From positions 288,001 through 352,000 of the forward strand of contig CAWCNY010000001.1 in the NCBI GenBank assembly GCA_963797095.1: a DNA stretch of 64,000 bases. Reading direction: 5' to 3'. The position numbers and the translations under genes are program-made. This document shows, piece by piece, positions 29,731 to 38,605 of this stretch. Position 1 is the stretch's first letter, and each line of letters starts with the position of its first letter. Under the pieces are notes generated by a model. That model was not told the origin of the DNA and did no database searches. It saw nothing but the letters and a program-made list of their open reading frames with translations. The stretch is from an uncultured Chloroflexia bacterium. GTDB lineage: Bacteria; Chloroflexota; Chloroflexia; QHBQ01; JADMIH01.

Positions 29731-30720
29731 CTATTCCTCGCCCAGTAGCCGCTTGAACATCTCCTGCTCGCGGCGTACCTGCTCCACGCTGTCCACCTCG
29801 TATACATCCTGTATATGGCGGTTGCCCTCGTACTCGCTGGACAGGTAGCCGCCGTAGCCCGCCTCCACAAGAACCGGGATGACGTCCTCGTAGGGGATGC
29901 TGTACTCGGTGTAGTCGGGCAGCATCTCGTAGAACTTGGCGTGGATATGGAAGATGAAGTCCTTTATCTTCAGCAGATCGCGCGGGTTTGAGTAGATGTA
30001 GTGGCCCGCCATACTCGCCAGGGCCACGTCTTGCTCGTTGCCGCCCATCGCTTTGACCTTGTCGACCAGGTCGTCCAGCGGTTCGTGGCTGTAGTAGCGC
30101 TCTACTATATACCCGACTATAGTCTCCTGGGCGCCGTCGCGCACGTAGCGCTCGGTAATTACTCGAGGGAAGCGCTTGACGAAGATGCCCATGTCGGGGA
30201 TAAACCCGAGGAACTTCGTGCCCGTGCGCTCTATAGTCTCGATGTGGGCCTTGATGCGCTCGTGGTCCACACTGAACGGCGAGTGGATCTCGACGCCCAT
30301 CTTCACGCCTATCTCCTCGGCGTATGGTATCGCCTTCTCCGCAATCTCAGGCGGTGTGTTTGCTATGACTCGGATTACCGGGCAGCCGAGCTTCTTCGCG
30401 AACTGCAGGTCGCGCACCACCGAGCGCAGCATTTCGTCCTCGTCCAGCAGGCGGCCCTGGTAGCGGTTGCGGTCAAGGAACATGTCGTGGCAGGTGGGCG
30501 TTGTGCCGTACCTCTCCATCCATTCGTGCCAGTTGTCGAAGAAGGCCCCGCCCGGGTTGGGGAAGCCGGGGGCCATCTGCTCGCCGATGATCTCTATGCC
30601 CTTTGCGCCCATCCTGGCAGCGGCGGCTATGCAATCTTCCAGGCTCATCTTGCGCAGGAAGTACTCTTCCTGGAAGCTGTACAGGCTCACTCCGCGTCTA
30701 ATGCCGGTCGTGTTGGTCAT
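29731..30720 (-). CDS. C-glycoside deglycosidase alpha subunit-like (SLYSFQEE class)
   Basis: RGVSLYSFQEE, VEIHS, PDMG, HIHAKFYEM, SSEYEGNRH. Confidence 0.85.
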   Translation of the reverse strand: MTNTTGIRRGVSLYSFQEEYFLRKMSLEDCIAAAARMGAKGIEIIGEQMAPGFPNPGGAFFDNWHEWMERYGTTPTCHDMFLDRNRYQGRLLDEDEMLRSVVRDLQFAKKLGCPVIRVIANTPPEIAEKAIPYAEEIGVKMGVEIHSPFSVDHERIKAHIETIERTGTKFLGFIPDMGIFVKRFPRVITERYVRDGAQETIVGYIVERYYSHEPLDDLVDKVKAMGGNEQDVALASMAGHYIYSNPRDLLKIKDFIFHIHAKFYEMLPDYTEYSIPYEDVIPVLVEAGYGGYLSSEYEGNRHIQDVYEVDSVEQVRREQEMFKRLLGEE

Positions 30721-30784
30721 TGTTTTTACCTCTTCGCGGCCCTGGGCCGTAGAGCGTGGTGACCTGGCTTCCACCCGGCACGCC

Positions 30785-31714
30785 CTACTCGGACCGGGCC
30801 AGTATGCTATCGATATCTTTCAGTTCCTCGGGCGTCAGGGTCCAACCGGCGGCCGCGACGTTGGCCCGTACTTGCTCAGGCTTCGTCGCACCGGCGAAAA
30901 CCGAGGCCACGACCGGGCGCGCGAGCAGCCATGAGACCGCGAGATCGAGCAGCGACCGGTCGTGAGCTTGCGCGAAGCTTATGAGGTCTTCGACCAGCGC
31001 CAGGTTGCGCTCCGTGAGGACCTGTGAGGCCCGGTCGCCAGGATCAGCGATGCGCGTCCCCTGCGGTACAGGTTTGCCGGCGCGAAACTTACCTGTGAGC
31101 AGCCCGTTAGCGAGGGGTGTATAAGGCAAGAAGGCCAGCCCTTGCCTTTCGCACTCAGGCAGGAGTTCCTGCTCCGCGTCGCGGCGCAGCATGTTGTACT
31201 GGTTCTGGACGCTGACAAAGTGCACGCCCTGGCCCTGGGCGGCATCCTCCGCCGCGCGCAACTGCTCCTCCGTGAAGTTTGAGCAGCCTATCTCGCGCAC
31301 CTTGCCCGCCCGCACCAGATCGGCGAGCGCGCCCAGCGTCTCCTCAAGCGGGGTCCTGGGGTCAGGCTGGTGAAACTGGTAGAGGTCGATCCGGTCGGTG
31401 CCGAGCCGGCGCAGGCTGCCTTCCACCGCCTGCTGTATGTAGGCCGGGCTGCCGCCGCTCTCCGGCCCCGACGTGTGATGCCCGAACTTGGTGGCCACGG
31501 CCACCTCATTGCGGCGGCTGCCCAGCGCCCGGCCGAGGTACTCCTCGCTCTTGCCGGCGCCGTACATTTCGGCTGTGTCGAAGAAGGTCACACCGGCATC
31601 AAGCGCGGCGTTGACGACAACCGCCGTGCCCTCGGCATCGAGCCGACGGCCGAAATTGTTGCACCCCAGGCCCACCACCGATACCTGGAGCGATCCTAGC
31701 TTGCGAGTTTCCAT
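30785..31714 (-). CDS. Aldo/keto reductase
   Basis: GLGCNNFG, FDTAEMYG, ATKFG, IDLYQFH, IGCSNF. Confidence 0.9.
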   Translation of the reverse strand: METRKLGSLQVSVVGLGCNNFGRRLDAEGTAVVVNAALDAGVTFFDTAEMYGAGKSEEYLGRALGSRRNEVAVATKFGHHTSGPESGGSPAYIQQAVEGSLRRLGTDRIDLYQFHQPDPRTPLEETLGALADLVRAGKVREIGCSNFTEEQLRAAEDAAQGQGVHFVSVQNQYNMLRRDAEQELLPECERQGLAFLPYTPLANGLLTGKFRAGKPVPQGTRIADPGDRASQVLTERNLALVEDLISFAQAHDRSLLDLAVSWLLARPVVASVFAGATKPEQVRANVAAAGWTLTPEELKDIDSILARSE

Positions 31715-31755
31715 AAGGCCGGTATTCCTTTTATGCACTTGCGCCTCGCCATGGC

Positions 31756-32148
31756 CTAGGCGGCTACTTTGAGCACCTTCGTATCGCGTCCCGCGAAGGT
31801 CTGCTGCCAGTAGCCGATCCGCAGGTAGGGTGCGAGCGACAGTGTGTGCTCGCCCGGCTTGAGGCCGCCCGGCTGATCTATCGTCACGATGCCCACCTCG
31901 CCGAACTCCCACCGGTCGTTTTCCTCTGTGAGAAACTGGTCGAGAGTGTACGTGTTGCCGTGGAGAGTCACGCGGATCCGGTCACGCGGTATGCTCTCAC
32001 TGTCCACGGTAAGCTCCAGGTCGTCTATCTGAGACACCTGGATGCCGCGGTAGTACGGTATGCGAGCGCCCAGCTGGAAACCTGTCGCCTCGCCGTTCCG
32101 CGTCACATTCTTGAAATCCTCACCGACGATTATGTATTTGTCGAACAC
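31756..32148 (-). CDS. C-glycoside deglycosidase beta subunit-like (YYRG class)
   Basis: RIPYYRG, RWEFGE, PGGLKPGEH. Confidence 0.85.
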   Translation of the reverse strand: MFDKYIIVGEDFKNVTRNGEATGFQLGARIPYYRGIQVSQIDDLELTVDSESIPRDRIRVTLHGNTYTLDQFLTEENDRWEFGEVGIVTIDQPGGLKPGEHTLSLAPYLRIGYWQQTFAGRDTKVLKVAA

Positions 32149-32180
32149 GCGTGGCCCTCCTCTCGCCGCTTGCGAGCCTT

Positions 32181-32576
32181 TCAGCCTACCAGTTGCAGCA
32201 CCTTCTTGTCCTCGCCTGAGAAGCCCTCGGGCACATAGGTCATGAGTACGGTTTCTTTCATCTCGACCCTGTGCTCACCAGGTTCCAGTCCGCCCGGCTT
32301 GCGCACCGTGACGGTGGCAACCTCACCGAACTCCCAGCGGTCCTCTATCTCGGTCTCCATCTCGTCGAGGGTGTAGGTGTTGCCGTGGACCGTGATGGTG
32401 AGCAGGTCGCGGGGGACCTGCTCACCATCAATAGTCAGGTCAATTCCGCCGAAGAGGGACAGGAAGATCCCGCGGTAGTACGGCAGCCGGGCGCCAAGCT
32501 GATAACCTACCGCCTTGCCGTCCTTCACCACGTTCTTGAATTCCTCGCCGACGATCATAAAGTTGTCGTGTATCAC
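32181..32576 (-). CDS. C-glycoside deglycosidase beta subunit-like (YYRG class)
   Basis: RLPYYRG, RWEFGE, PGGLEPGEH. Confidence 0.85.
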   Translation of the reverse strand: MIHDNFMIVGEEFKNVVKDGKAVGYQLGARLPYYRGIFLSLFGGIDLTIDGEQVPRDLLTITVHGNTYTLDEMETEIEDRWEFGEVATVTVRKPGGLEPGEHRVEMKETVLMTYVPEGFSGEDKKVLQLVG

Positions 32577-32579
32577 GCT

Positions 32580-33641
32580 TCACTCCTTCGCTGCGTCACC
32601 GGCACCATCCTGCCCGAGCAGGCGGCGCAGCATGACCTGGTGGCGGCGCACCTGCTCGACGCTGTCCACTTCGAAGGCATCCTCGATGTGGTACTGGCCC
32701 TCGTACTCGCTGGCGATGTAGCCCTGGTAGCCACCCTCCTTGAGGACGGAGATGACCTGGTCGTAAGGGATGCTGTACTCAGTGTAGTCGGGGAGCATCT
32801 CGTAGAACTTGCCATGGACGTGTACTATCCGGTGCATGTAATCGAGCATACGCCGGGGATCCGACCAAATGATGTAATAGAGGCTGAAGAGGGCGTTACT
32901 CACATCGCTCGCCGTGCCACCCATCCTGAGGATGTTCTCCTCCAATTTGGCCTTATCGGGCTGCGTGCCGTTTTCCCTCGCTTCCACGATATAGCGGACT
33001 ATCTCGTCCTTCATGCCGTTGCGCTTCCAGCGCTCGGTCAGGATGCGCGGCAGGCGACGCACGAAGATGCCACAATCGGGTATGACTCCCAGGTAGGGGG
33101 AGCCGACCCGCTCCATCATCTCGAGCTGCCCCTGAATCAGGGGTGCGTCGAGGTGGCTGGGCGCGTGGATCTCAAGGCCGAGCTTGACGTTGTACTTCTC
33201 GGCGTTTTCAGCAGACCGCGCCATTACCTCGGGCGGCGTATCGACGATCACGCGGATGACCGAGCAGCCGAGGCGGTTGGCGAACTTGATGTCGCGCAGC
33301 AGCAACTCGACCATCTCGTCCCCCGTCATGAGCCGTCCCTTGTAGAGGTTCATGTCAAGGAACATGTCGTGGCAGACCGGGGTAACGCCGTACTTCTCCA
33401 GCCAGGCGTGCCACTCCTCGAAGACCGAGTCGGGCACCTTCGGGAAGCCACGTATCATCTGCTCTGTCACGATTTCCACGCCCGGAATGCCAAGTCGCCC
33501 GGTAGTGGCAATGCAATCCTCAAGCGACATCTGCCCCAGCATGTACTCCTGCTGGAAGCTGTACAGGCTCACGGCCCGCTTGATGTTGGCCGTCTTCGTC
33601 GAGCCGGTAGTGCCGGCTGCCTGAGCCGTATTGCTGCTCAT
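32580..33641 (-). CDS. C-glycoside deglycosidase alpha subunit-like (SLYSFQ class)
   Basis: LEIHAP, PDCG, HVHGKFYEM, ASEYEG. Confidence 0.85.
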   Translation of the reverse strand: MSSNTAQAAGTTGSTKTANIKRAVSLYSFQQEYMLGQMSLEDCIATTGRLGIPGVEIVTEQMIRGFPKVPDSVFEEWHAWLEKYGVTPVCHDMFLDMNLYKGRLMTGDEMVELLLRDIKFANRLGCSVIRVIVDTPPEVMARSAENAEKYNVKLGLEIHAPSHLDAPLIQGQLEMMERVGSPYLGVIPDCGIFVRRLPRILTERWKRNGMKDEIVRYIVEARENGTQPDKAKLEENILRMGGTASDVSNALFSLYYIIWSDPRRMLDYMHRIVHVHGKFYEMLPDYTEYSIPYDQVISVLKEGGYQGYIASEYEGQYHIEDAFEVDSVEQVRRHQVMLRRLLGQDGAGDAAKE

Positions 33642-34687
33642 CTGACCTTCACCTCTTCCCGAGTCTCAACTCCCGAATGCGGCACTTCGCCCAGCAGTCG
33701 CTTGAGCATAACCTGGTGGCGGCGCACCTGCTCCACACTGTCTACAGGGAAGGCATCCTGTATGTGGCGGTTGCCTTCATATTCGCTGGAGAGGTAGCCA
33801 TTGTAGCCGCCCTCTATGAGAACCGGGATGATCTCCTCGTAGGGGATGCTGTACTCTGTATAGTCTTCCAGCATCTCGTTGAATTTGGCGTGGAAATGGA
33901 AGATGTAGGGCATGAAATCGAGCATACGGTGTGGGTCCACATAGATGTTGTGGGTGCCCATGCGCATCATATTGACGTCGTCCTGGGTGGCGCCCATCCG
34001 GCGTATGTCTTCCTCCAACGTGTCAAGCCCTTCATGGCGGTTGTATTTATCTGTGATCACGTGAGCTATTTCCGGGCGCATGCCGTCGCGCACCCAGCGG
34101 TCGCTCACCACGCGTGGCAGGCGCTTGGTGTAGATGCCGAAGTCAATCACGAATCCCACGTGCTTGGAGCCTGTGCGCTGGAACATCTCAACCAGGCTCT
34201 TCGAGAATGCGTCGTCAAGATGGCTGGGTGCGTGGATCTCGTTTCCCAATCGCACGTTGTACTCCGCGGCGTAGGGCGCCGCCTTCTCCATGACTGCTGG
34301 CGACGTGTCGTGGATTACGCGTATCACTGAGCAGCCCAATTTGGCGGCGTTCTTGATGTCCCGGACCAGCACGGCGACACGCTCGTCCTCGGTCATCACG
34401 CGGCCAGGGTACTTGTTCCAGTCGATAAATTGGTCGAGGCAGACGGGTGTGCGCCCGTATTTCTGCATCCAGCCTTGCCACTGCTCGAAGAACAACTCGG
34501 GGACGTTGGGATAGTGGCGGATCATCTGGTCGCCGATGATCTCAATACCAGGTATGTCCAACTTAGCGCAAGTCGCGATGATCTCCTCCAGCGTCATTTT
34601 GCGGAGGAAGAACTCCTCCTGGAAGCTATAGAGGCTGACGCTGCGCTTAATGTTGTGCGCTTTGGCTGTAGTTGTGTTGCTCATCAT
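33638..34687 (-). CDS. C-glycoside deglycosidase alpha subunit-like (SLYSFQEE class)
   Basis: NEIHAP, IDFG, HFHAKF, SSEYEG. Confidence 0.85.
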   Translation of the reverse strand: MMSNTTTAKAHNIKRSVSLYSFQEEFFLRKMTLEEIIATCAKLDIPGIEIIGDQMIRHYPNVPELFFEQWQGWMQKYGRTPVCLDQFIDWNKYPGRVMTEDERVAVLVRDIKNAAKLGCSVIRVIHDTSPAVMEKAAPYAAEYNVRLGNEIHAPSHLDDAFSKSLVEMFQRTGSKHVGFVIDFGIYTKRLPRVVSDRWVRDGMRPEIAHVITDKYNRHEGLDTLEEDIRRMGATQDDVNMMRMGTHNIYVDPHRMLDFMPYIFHFHAKFNEMLEDYTEYSIPYEEIIPVLIEGGYNGYLSSEYEGNRHIQDAFPVDSVEQVRRHQVMLKRLLGEVPHSGVETREEVKVR

Positions 34688-34788
34688 TCTCTCCTTGAAC
34701 TGCCATTGCTGAACCGGACAGCGATGGCTGCTGTGAATCTGTTCCAATGTATCCGGTATGCAGAGAGCCAGGGTCGCTGCCCTACCCA

Positions 34789-35181
34789 TCAGTTGTCGAT
34801 GGTGAGCTTCTTGGCGTCGCTCCCCTTGAAGCCGAAAGGCACATAGGAAATCTTCAATTGCTGCGACAGCTCAACCTCGTGTTCCCCCGGCGCAAGCCCG
34901 CCCGGCTTCTCCACTGTAAGGAGGCCCACCTCGCCGAACTCCCACCTGTCGCCGGTCTGGTCCTCCACCTCGGTCAGCCGGTAGGTGTTGCCGTGTAAGG
35001 TCACCGAGATCTTGTCGGGCGAGAAGTGCTCGCCGTCCACTGCAAGGTCGGTCGTGCCCACCAGGGAGAGTGTAATACCGCGGTAGTAGGGCAGCCGCTC
35101 GCCGACCTGGAAGCCGGCAACCTTGCCATCTTTCTCCACGTTCCTGAACTCTTCGCCAACGATAATATACTTATCGAACAT
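34789..35181 (-). CDS. C-glycoside deglycosidase beta subunit-like (YYRG class)
   Basis: MFDKY, RLPYYRG, RWEFGE, KISYVP. Confidence 0.85.
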   Translation of the reverse strand: MFDKYIIVGEEFRNVEKDGKVAGFQVGERLPYYRGITLSLVGTTDLAVDGEHFSPDKISVTLHGNTYRLTEVEDQTGDRWEFGEVGLLTVEKPGGLAPGEHEVELSQQLKISYVPFGFKGSDAKKLTIDN

Positions 35182-35226
35182 CTGTGTAACCTCCATCTAC
35201 ATCAGCCCAGCCGGTGAGCAACCTCC

Positions 35227-35325
35227 CTAGCTGTGCAGTGCTAAACGCTCCGTCGTTCCGCCCATCACAATGCCCCACGTGCGGTTGTCGATGCGCCGCG
35301 TTGCCTCGTGATCTACGAGGGTGCG
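35227..35325 (-). pseudogene. Orphan 3' fragment of a beta-subunit gene of the 38141 type
   Basis: Encodes TLVDHEATRRIDNRTWGIVMGGTTE, nearly identical to the tail of 38141-38605; DNA 35251-35316 matches about 38175-38240. Confidence 0.7.
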
Positions 35326-35348
35326 GGCGCGGCCGCGGTGGAGAGATA

Positions 35349-35753
35349 TTAGCGCGCCAGCTCCAACACCTTGCGGTCGTGCGTACGGAAGCCATATGGC
35401 AGCGCATAGGTGATCATCAGCCGCTGCACCAACTCTACCTCGTGCGAGCCCGGTTTCAGCCCGCCCGGCTTCTCCACCGTCAGGATACCTACATCGCCGA
35501 ACTCCCAGCGATCGCGGCACTGGTCCTCGATCTCGGACAGCCTGAAGGTGTTACCGTGAAGGGTTAGAGTCACCTTGTCGGGCGAGAAGTGCTCGCCGTC
35601 CACCGACAGGTCGGCGGGGCGCAGCACAGAGAGGACCACACCTCGATAGTAAGCCAAGCGAGCGCCGATCTGGAAACCGGTAACCTCACCGTCCTGCTCG
35701 ATGTTCCCGAACTCTTCGCCCACTATCATGTATTTGTCGAGCATCTTGATCAT
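35349..35753 (-). CDS. C-glycoside deglycosidase beta subunit-like (YYRG class)
   Basis: RLAYYRG, RWEFGD, KPGGLKPGSH. Confidence 0.85.
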   Translation of the reverse strand: MIKMLDKYMIVGEEFGNIEQDGEVTGFQIGARLAYYRGVVLSVLRPADLSVDGEHFSPDKVTLTLHGNTFRLSEIEDQCRDRWEFGDVGILTVEKPGGLKPGSHEVELVQRLMITYALPYGFRTHDRKVLELAR

Positions 35754-35765
35754 CTCCTCTCGCGG

Positions 35766-36803
35766 CTAAACGCCGACAGGCTCGGCGGCCGGTACTTCGC
35801 CCAACAACTTCTTGAGCATCGTCTGCTGGCGGCGCACCTGCTCGATGCTCTCGAACTCGATGTTGCGCTGGCCCTCGTACTCGCTCGACAAGTAGCCGTT
35901 ATAGCCGCCCTCGATAAGCACGGGCACTATCTCCTCATAGGGGATGCTGTACTCGGTCGTATCGTCGACCATCTCCCAGAACTTGGCGTGGATGTGCACT
36001 ACCCGCGGCATGATCTTCAGGAGGGTGCGCGGGTCGGTGTAGACCATGTGGGTCGTCATGAAAGCGGCACTCTGGTCCGCCGGGCCGCCGCCCATCTTCG
36101 CGATCTCTTCGGGCAGCTTGTCGATCGCGGCGAGGTCGTGGGTGTTGTAGACGGCGAAGATATGCTCCAACATCTCGGGCCGGGCGCCCTTGCTGATCCA
36201 CTGGTCGGTGATCACGCGAGGCAAGCGCTTCACGAACATACCCATGTCGGGAACGAAGCCGAGGTAGGGCGAGCCGAGGCGCTCCATATACTCCCACAGT
36301 TCCTGGGTGAAGGGGTGCTCTACGTGGAACGGAGCATGGATCTCCCAGCCCCATTTGACGCCGACCTTCTCCGCATATTCGGCGACCCTGGCCAACACGT
36401 TCAGGTCGGTCGGGTGAATGTCGCGCACGACAGAACAGCCGAGACGCTTGGCGAAGTCGAGGTCGCGCACGAACGCCTGGTACTGCTCGTCGGCCGTCAT
36501 GACGCGGCCCTTGTACATGTTCCAGTCGAGAAACGCGTCCTGGGCGACTGGCGTGCGGCCGTACTTCTCAATGGCCGCATGCCACATTTTGAACCACTCC
36601 TCGCCGGGGTCGGGGAAGCCGGGGGCCATCTGCTCGCCGATGATCTCGATACCTGGTATGTCGAGCTCCGCGCACTTGGCGATTATGTCTTCCAGCGTCA
36701 TCTCCCGCAGGAAGTACTCTTCCTGGAAGCTGTAGAAGCTAACGCTCCGCTTGATGTTGTGGCGCTTGGCGCTGTTGCCAGGCCCGTTTGTCGCCATTGT
36801 CAT
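35766..36803 (-). CDS. C-glycoside deglycosidase alpha subunit-like (SFYSFQEE class)
   Basis: WEIHAP, PDMG, HIHAKFWEM, SSEYEG. Confidence 0.85.
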   Translation of the reverse strand: MTMATNGPGNSAKRHNIKRSVSFYSFQEEYFLREMTLEDIIAKCAELDIPGIEIIGEQMAPGFPDPGEEWFKMWHAAIEKYGRTPVAQDAFLDWNMYKGRVMTADEQYQAFVRDLDFAKRLGCSVVRDIHPTDLNVLARVAEYAEKVGVKWGWEIHAPFHVEHPFTQELWEYMERLGSPYLGFVPDMGMFVKRLPRVITDQWISKGARPEMLEHIFAVYNTHDLAAIDKLPEEIAKMGGGPADQSAAFMTTHMVYTDPRTLLKIMPRVVHIHAKFWEMVDDTTEYSIPYEEIVPVLIEGGYNGYLSSEYEGQRNIEFESIEQVRRQQTMLKKLLGEVPAAEPVGV

Positions 36804-36921
36804 TTGCTCACCTCCAAAAACTCAGGTTCGCCCGGTCCTCATCTGGGCCCGAAGACTCTCGACCTGCGGGGGCAGGCTCACGTAGTCAGGCTGGCGCGAC
36901 TTCAGGTGTCGTACCATGCTG

Positions 36922-36952
36922 AGTATTGCCGCCAATCCCGCGCGGCAATACT
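36922..36952. terminator. Intra-operon 11-bp hairpin (attenuator or mRNA-stabilising stem)
   Basis: AGTATTGCCGC / GCGGCAATACT just after the Gfo stop; no U-tract. Confidence 0.4.
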
Positions 36953-36959
36953 AAGGAAC

Positions 36960-38144
36960 CTAGGGGCGGCTTGCTGGTACCGCCTGCAACTCGTCTATGT
37001 GCACTACGTCGCCCCTCTCCGAAGACTTATAGATGGCCTCAAGGATTAGAGTAACGGTGTAAGCTTGCTCGGGCTTGATAACCAGTTCACCGCCGTTGCG
37101 GACAGCGTTGTACCAGACTTCCTGCTCCCTGAACATACCAGGGTAGAACTCCGGCTGCTCGCCGCTGCCGATGAAGCTCCCACCGAGCGCATAGTTCTGG
37201 ATATACAGCTTGCCGTTGTTCTCGCCGTTCACCCGGACATTGAAGGTCCGATTCCGGTCGAAGTCGATGGTGAGGATGCCCGGCCCCGTCTCCGGGAACA
37301 TGTCTGCCCCGGCCTTGGTGCCGCACAGCACGACATATGCATCCTGCTGAGCTATGACTTGATTCAGAGCCCAGGACAATTCGACTATGACGGTAGCCCC
37401 GTTCTTGAACTTCACAAGCCCGAAGCCACTGTCCTCCACTTCGAACTTGTCCGGGTCCCATGGTCCCATGATGTTTGCCCCGCTGCCGATCTTGCCGAGC
37501 TTATTGAAGGTCGAGCCGAGCACAGTCTCGGGCTCGTAATTGTCCATCATCCAGAGCGTAAGATCCAGCGTGTGGGTGGCAAGGTCAATGAGAGAGCCAC
37601 CACCCTGCTTGGCTTTGTCGAGGAAGACCCCGTGGGTTGGCACTCCGCGCCGGCGGGTGCCCAGCGCCTTGCCAAGATATATCTCGCCCAGCTCGCCGTC
37701 TTCGACTACCTTCTTCAGGAACTGCGCGTTGGGGCGGTAGCGGTTCTGGTAGCCGATCGTGAGCAACCTGCCTGTCTCGCGGCTGGCGTCTAGCATGGCC
37801 CTGGCTTCCGCTGCGGTCTTGGCCATCGGCTTCTCGCACAGTACGTGCTTGCCCGCGCGAAGGGCTGCTATACTGATCTCGGCGTGTGAGCTATTGGGCG
37901 TGCAGACGTGCACTACCTCGATATCGTCGCGGGCGAGCAGGTTCGTGTAATCCCCGTACACGGCCGCACTCGAGGTGCCGTACTTCCTGGCCGCGGCCTG
38001 CGCCCGCTCGACGATGATGTCGCAGAAAGCGATAATCTCCACGTCGGGCAGCCGGGATATGCTGGGCATGTGCTTTTGATTGGCAATGCCACCGCACCCG
38101 ATGATGCCTACCCTGGTCTTGTCACTGCGACTACTGAGGTTCAT
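36960..38144 (-). CDS. Gfo/Idh/MocA oxidoreductase, YcjS/LgdC-like, copy 3
   Basis: GCGGIANQKH, CEKP, RRRGVPTHG, LIDLATH. Confidence 0.85.
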   Translation of the reverse strand: MNLSSRSDKTRVGIIGCGGIANQKHMPSISRLPDVEIIAFCDIIVERAQAAARKYGTSSAAVYGDYTNLLARDDIEVVHVCTPNSSHAEISIAALRAGKHVLCEKPMAKTAAEARAMLDASRETGRLLTIGYQNRYRPNAQFLKKVVEDGELGEIYLGKALGTRRRGVPTHGVFLDKAKQGGGSLIDLATHTLDLTLWMMDNYEPETVLGSTFNKLGKIGSGANIMGPWDPDKFEVEDSGFGLVKFKNGATVIVELSWALNQVIAQQDAYVVLCGTKAGADMFPETGPGILTIDFDRNRTFNVRVNGENNGKLYIQNYALGGSFIGSGEQPEFYPGMFREQEVWYNAVRNGGELVIKPEQAYTVTLILEAIYKSSERGDVVHIDELQAVPASRP

Positions 38145-38605
38145 GCTCTCACTCCTTGCAATTCTATGTTCTCCGTCGTGCCGCCCATCACAATGCCCCA
38201 CGTGCGGTTATCGATGCGGGGAGTTGCCTCGTGATCCACAAGAGTGCTGTAGCGCATGTAGTAAATATCCAGACTGAACCGCACTGTTACCTCGTGCTCC
38301 CCCGGCGCGAGACCCCCCGGCTTGGCGACAGTCAGGACGCCAAACTTGCCGTACTCCCAGCGGTTGTCAGGATCATTCTCGAATTGCGCCAGCGGGTAGG
38401 TCTTCTCGCCCAGCGTCACCGAAATCTTGTCGGGCGAGAAGCTCTCGCCGTCCACCACAAGCTCGATCCCCTTGAGCATCGAGAGATAAAAGCCCCGGTA
38501 GTATGGCACGCGCACATTGATTTGGAACCCCGTGATGCGCCCGTCCTGCTCCACGTTCTTGAAGCTCTCCTTGGCGATCACGTATTTGTCGGATATGGTC
38601 TTCAT
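38141..38605 (-). CDS. C-glycoside deglycosidase beta subunit-like with an extended C-terminal loop
   Basis: RVPYYRG, RWEYG, KPGGLAPGEH, then about 15-20 extra residues. Confidence 0.8.
   Translation of the reverse strand: MKTISDKYVIAKESFKNVEQDGRITGFQINVRVPYYRGFYLSMLKGIELVVDGESFSPDKISVTLGEKTYPLAQFENDPDNRWEYGKFGVLTVAKPGGLAPGEHEVTVRFSLDIYYMRYSTLVDHEATPRIDNRTWGIVMGGTTENIELQGVRA

Noticed and set aside
32271-37049. Long plus-strand ORFs (508 aa at 32271, 486 aa at 35589) and similar antisense ORFs such as 52518-53882
   Set aside because: Antisense shadows of high-GC coding genes, with no recognisable motifs
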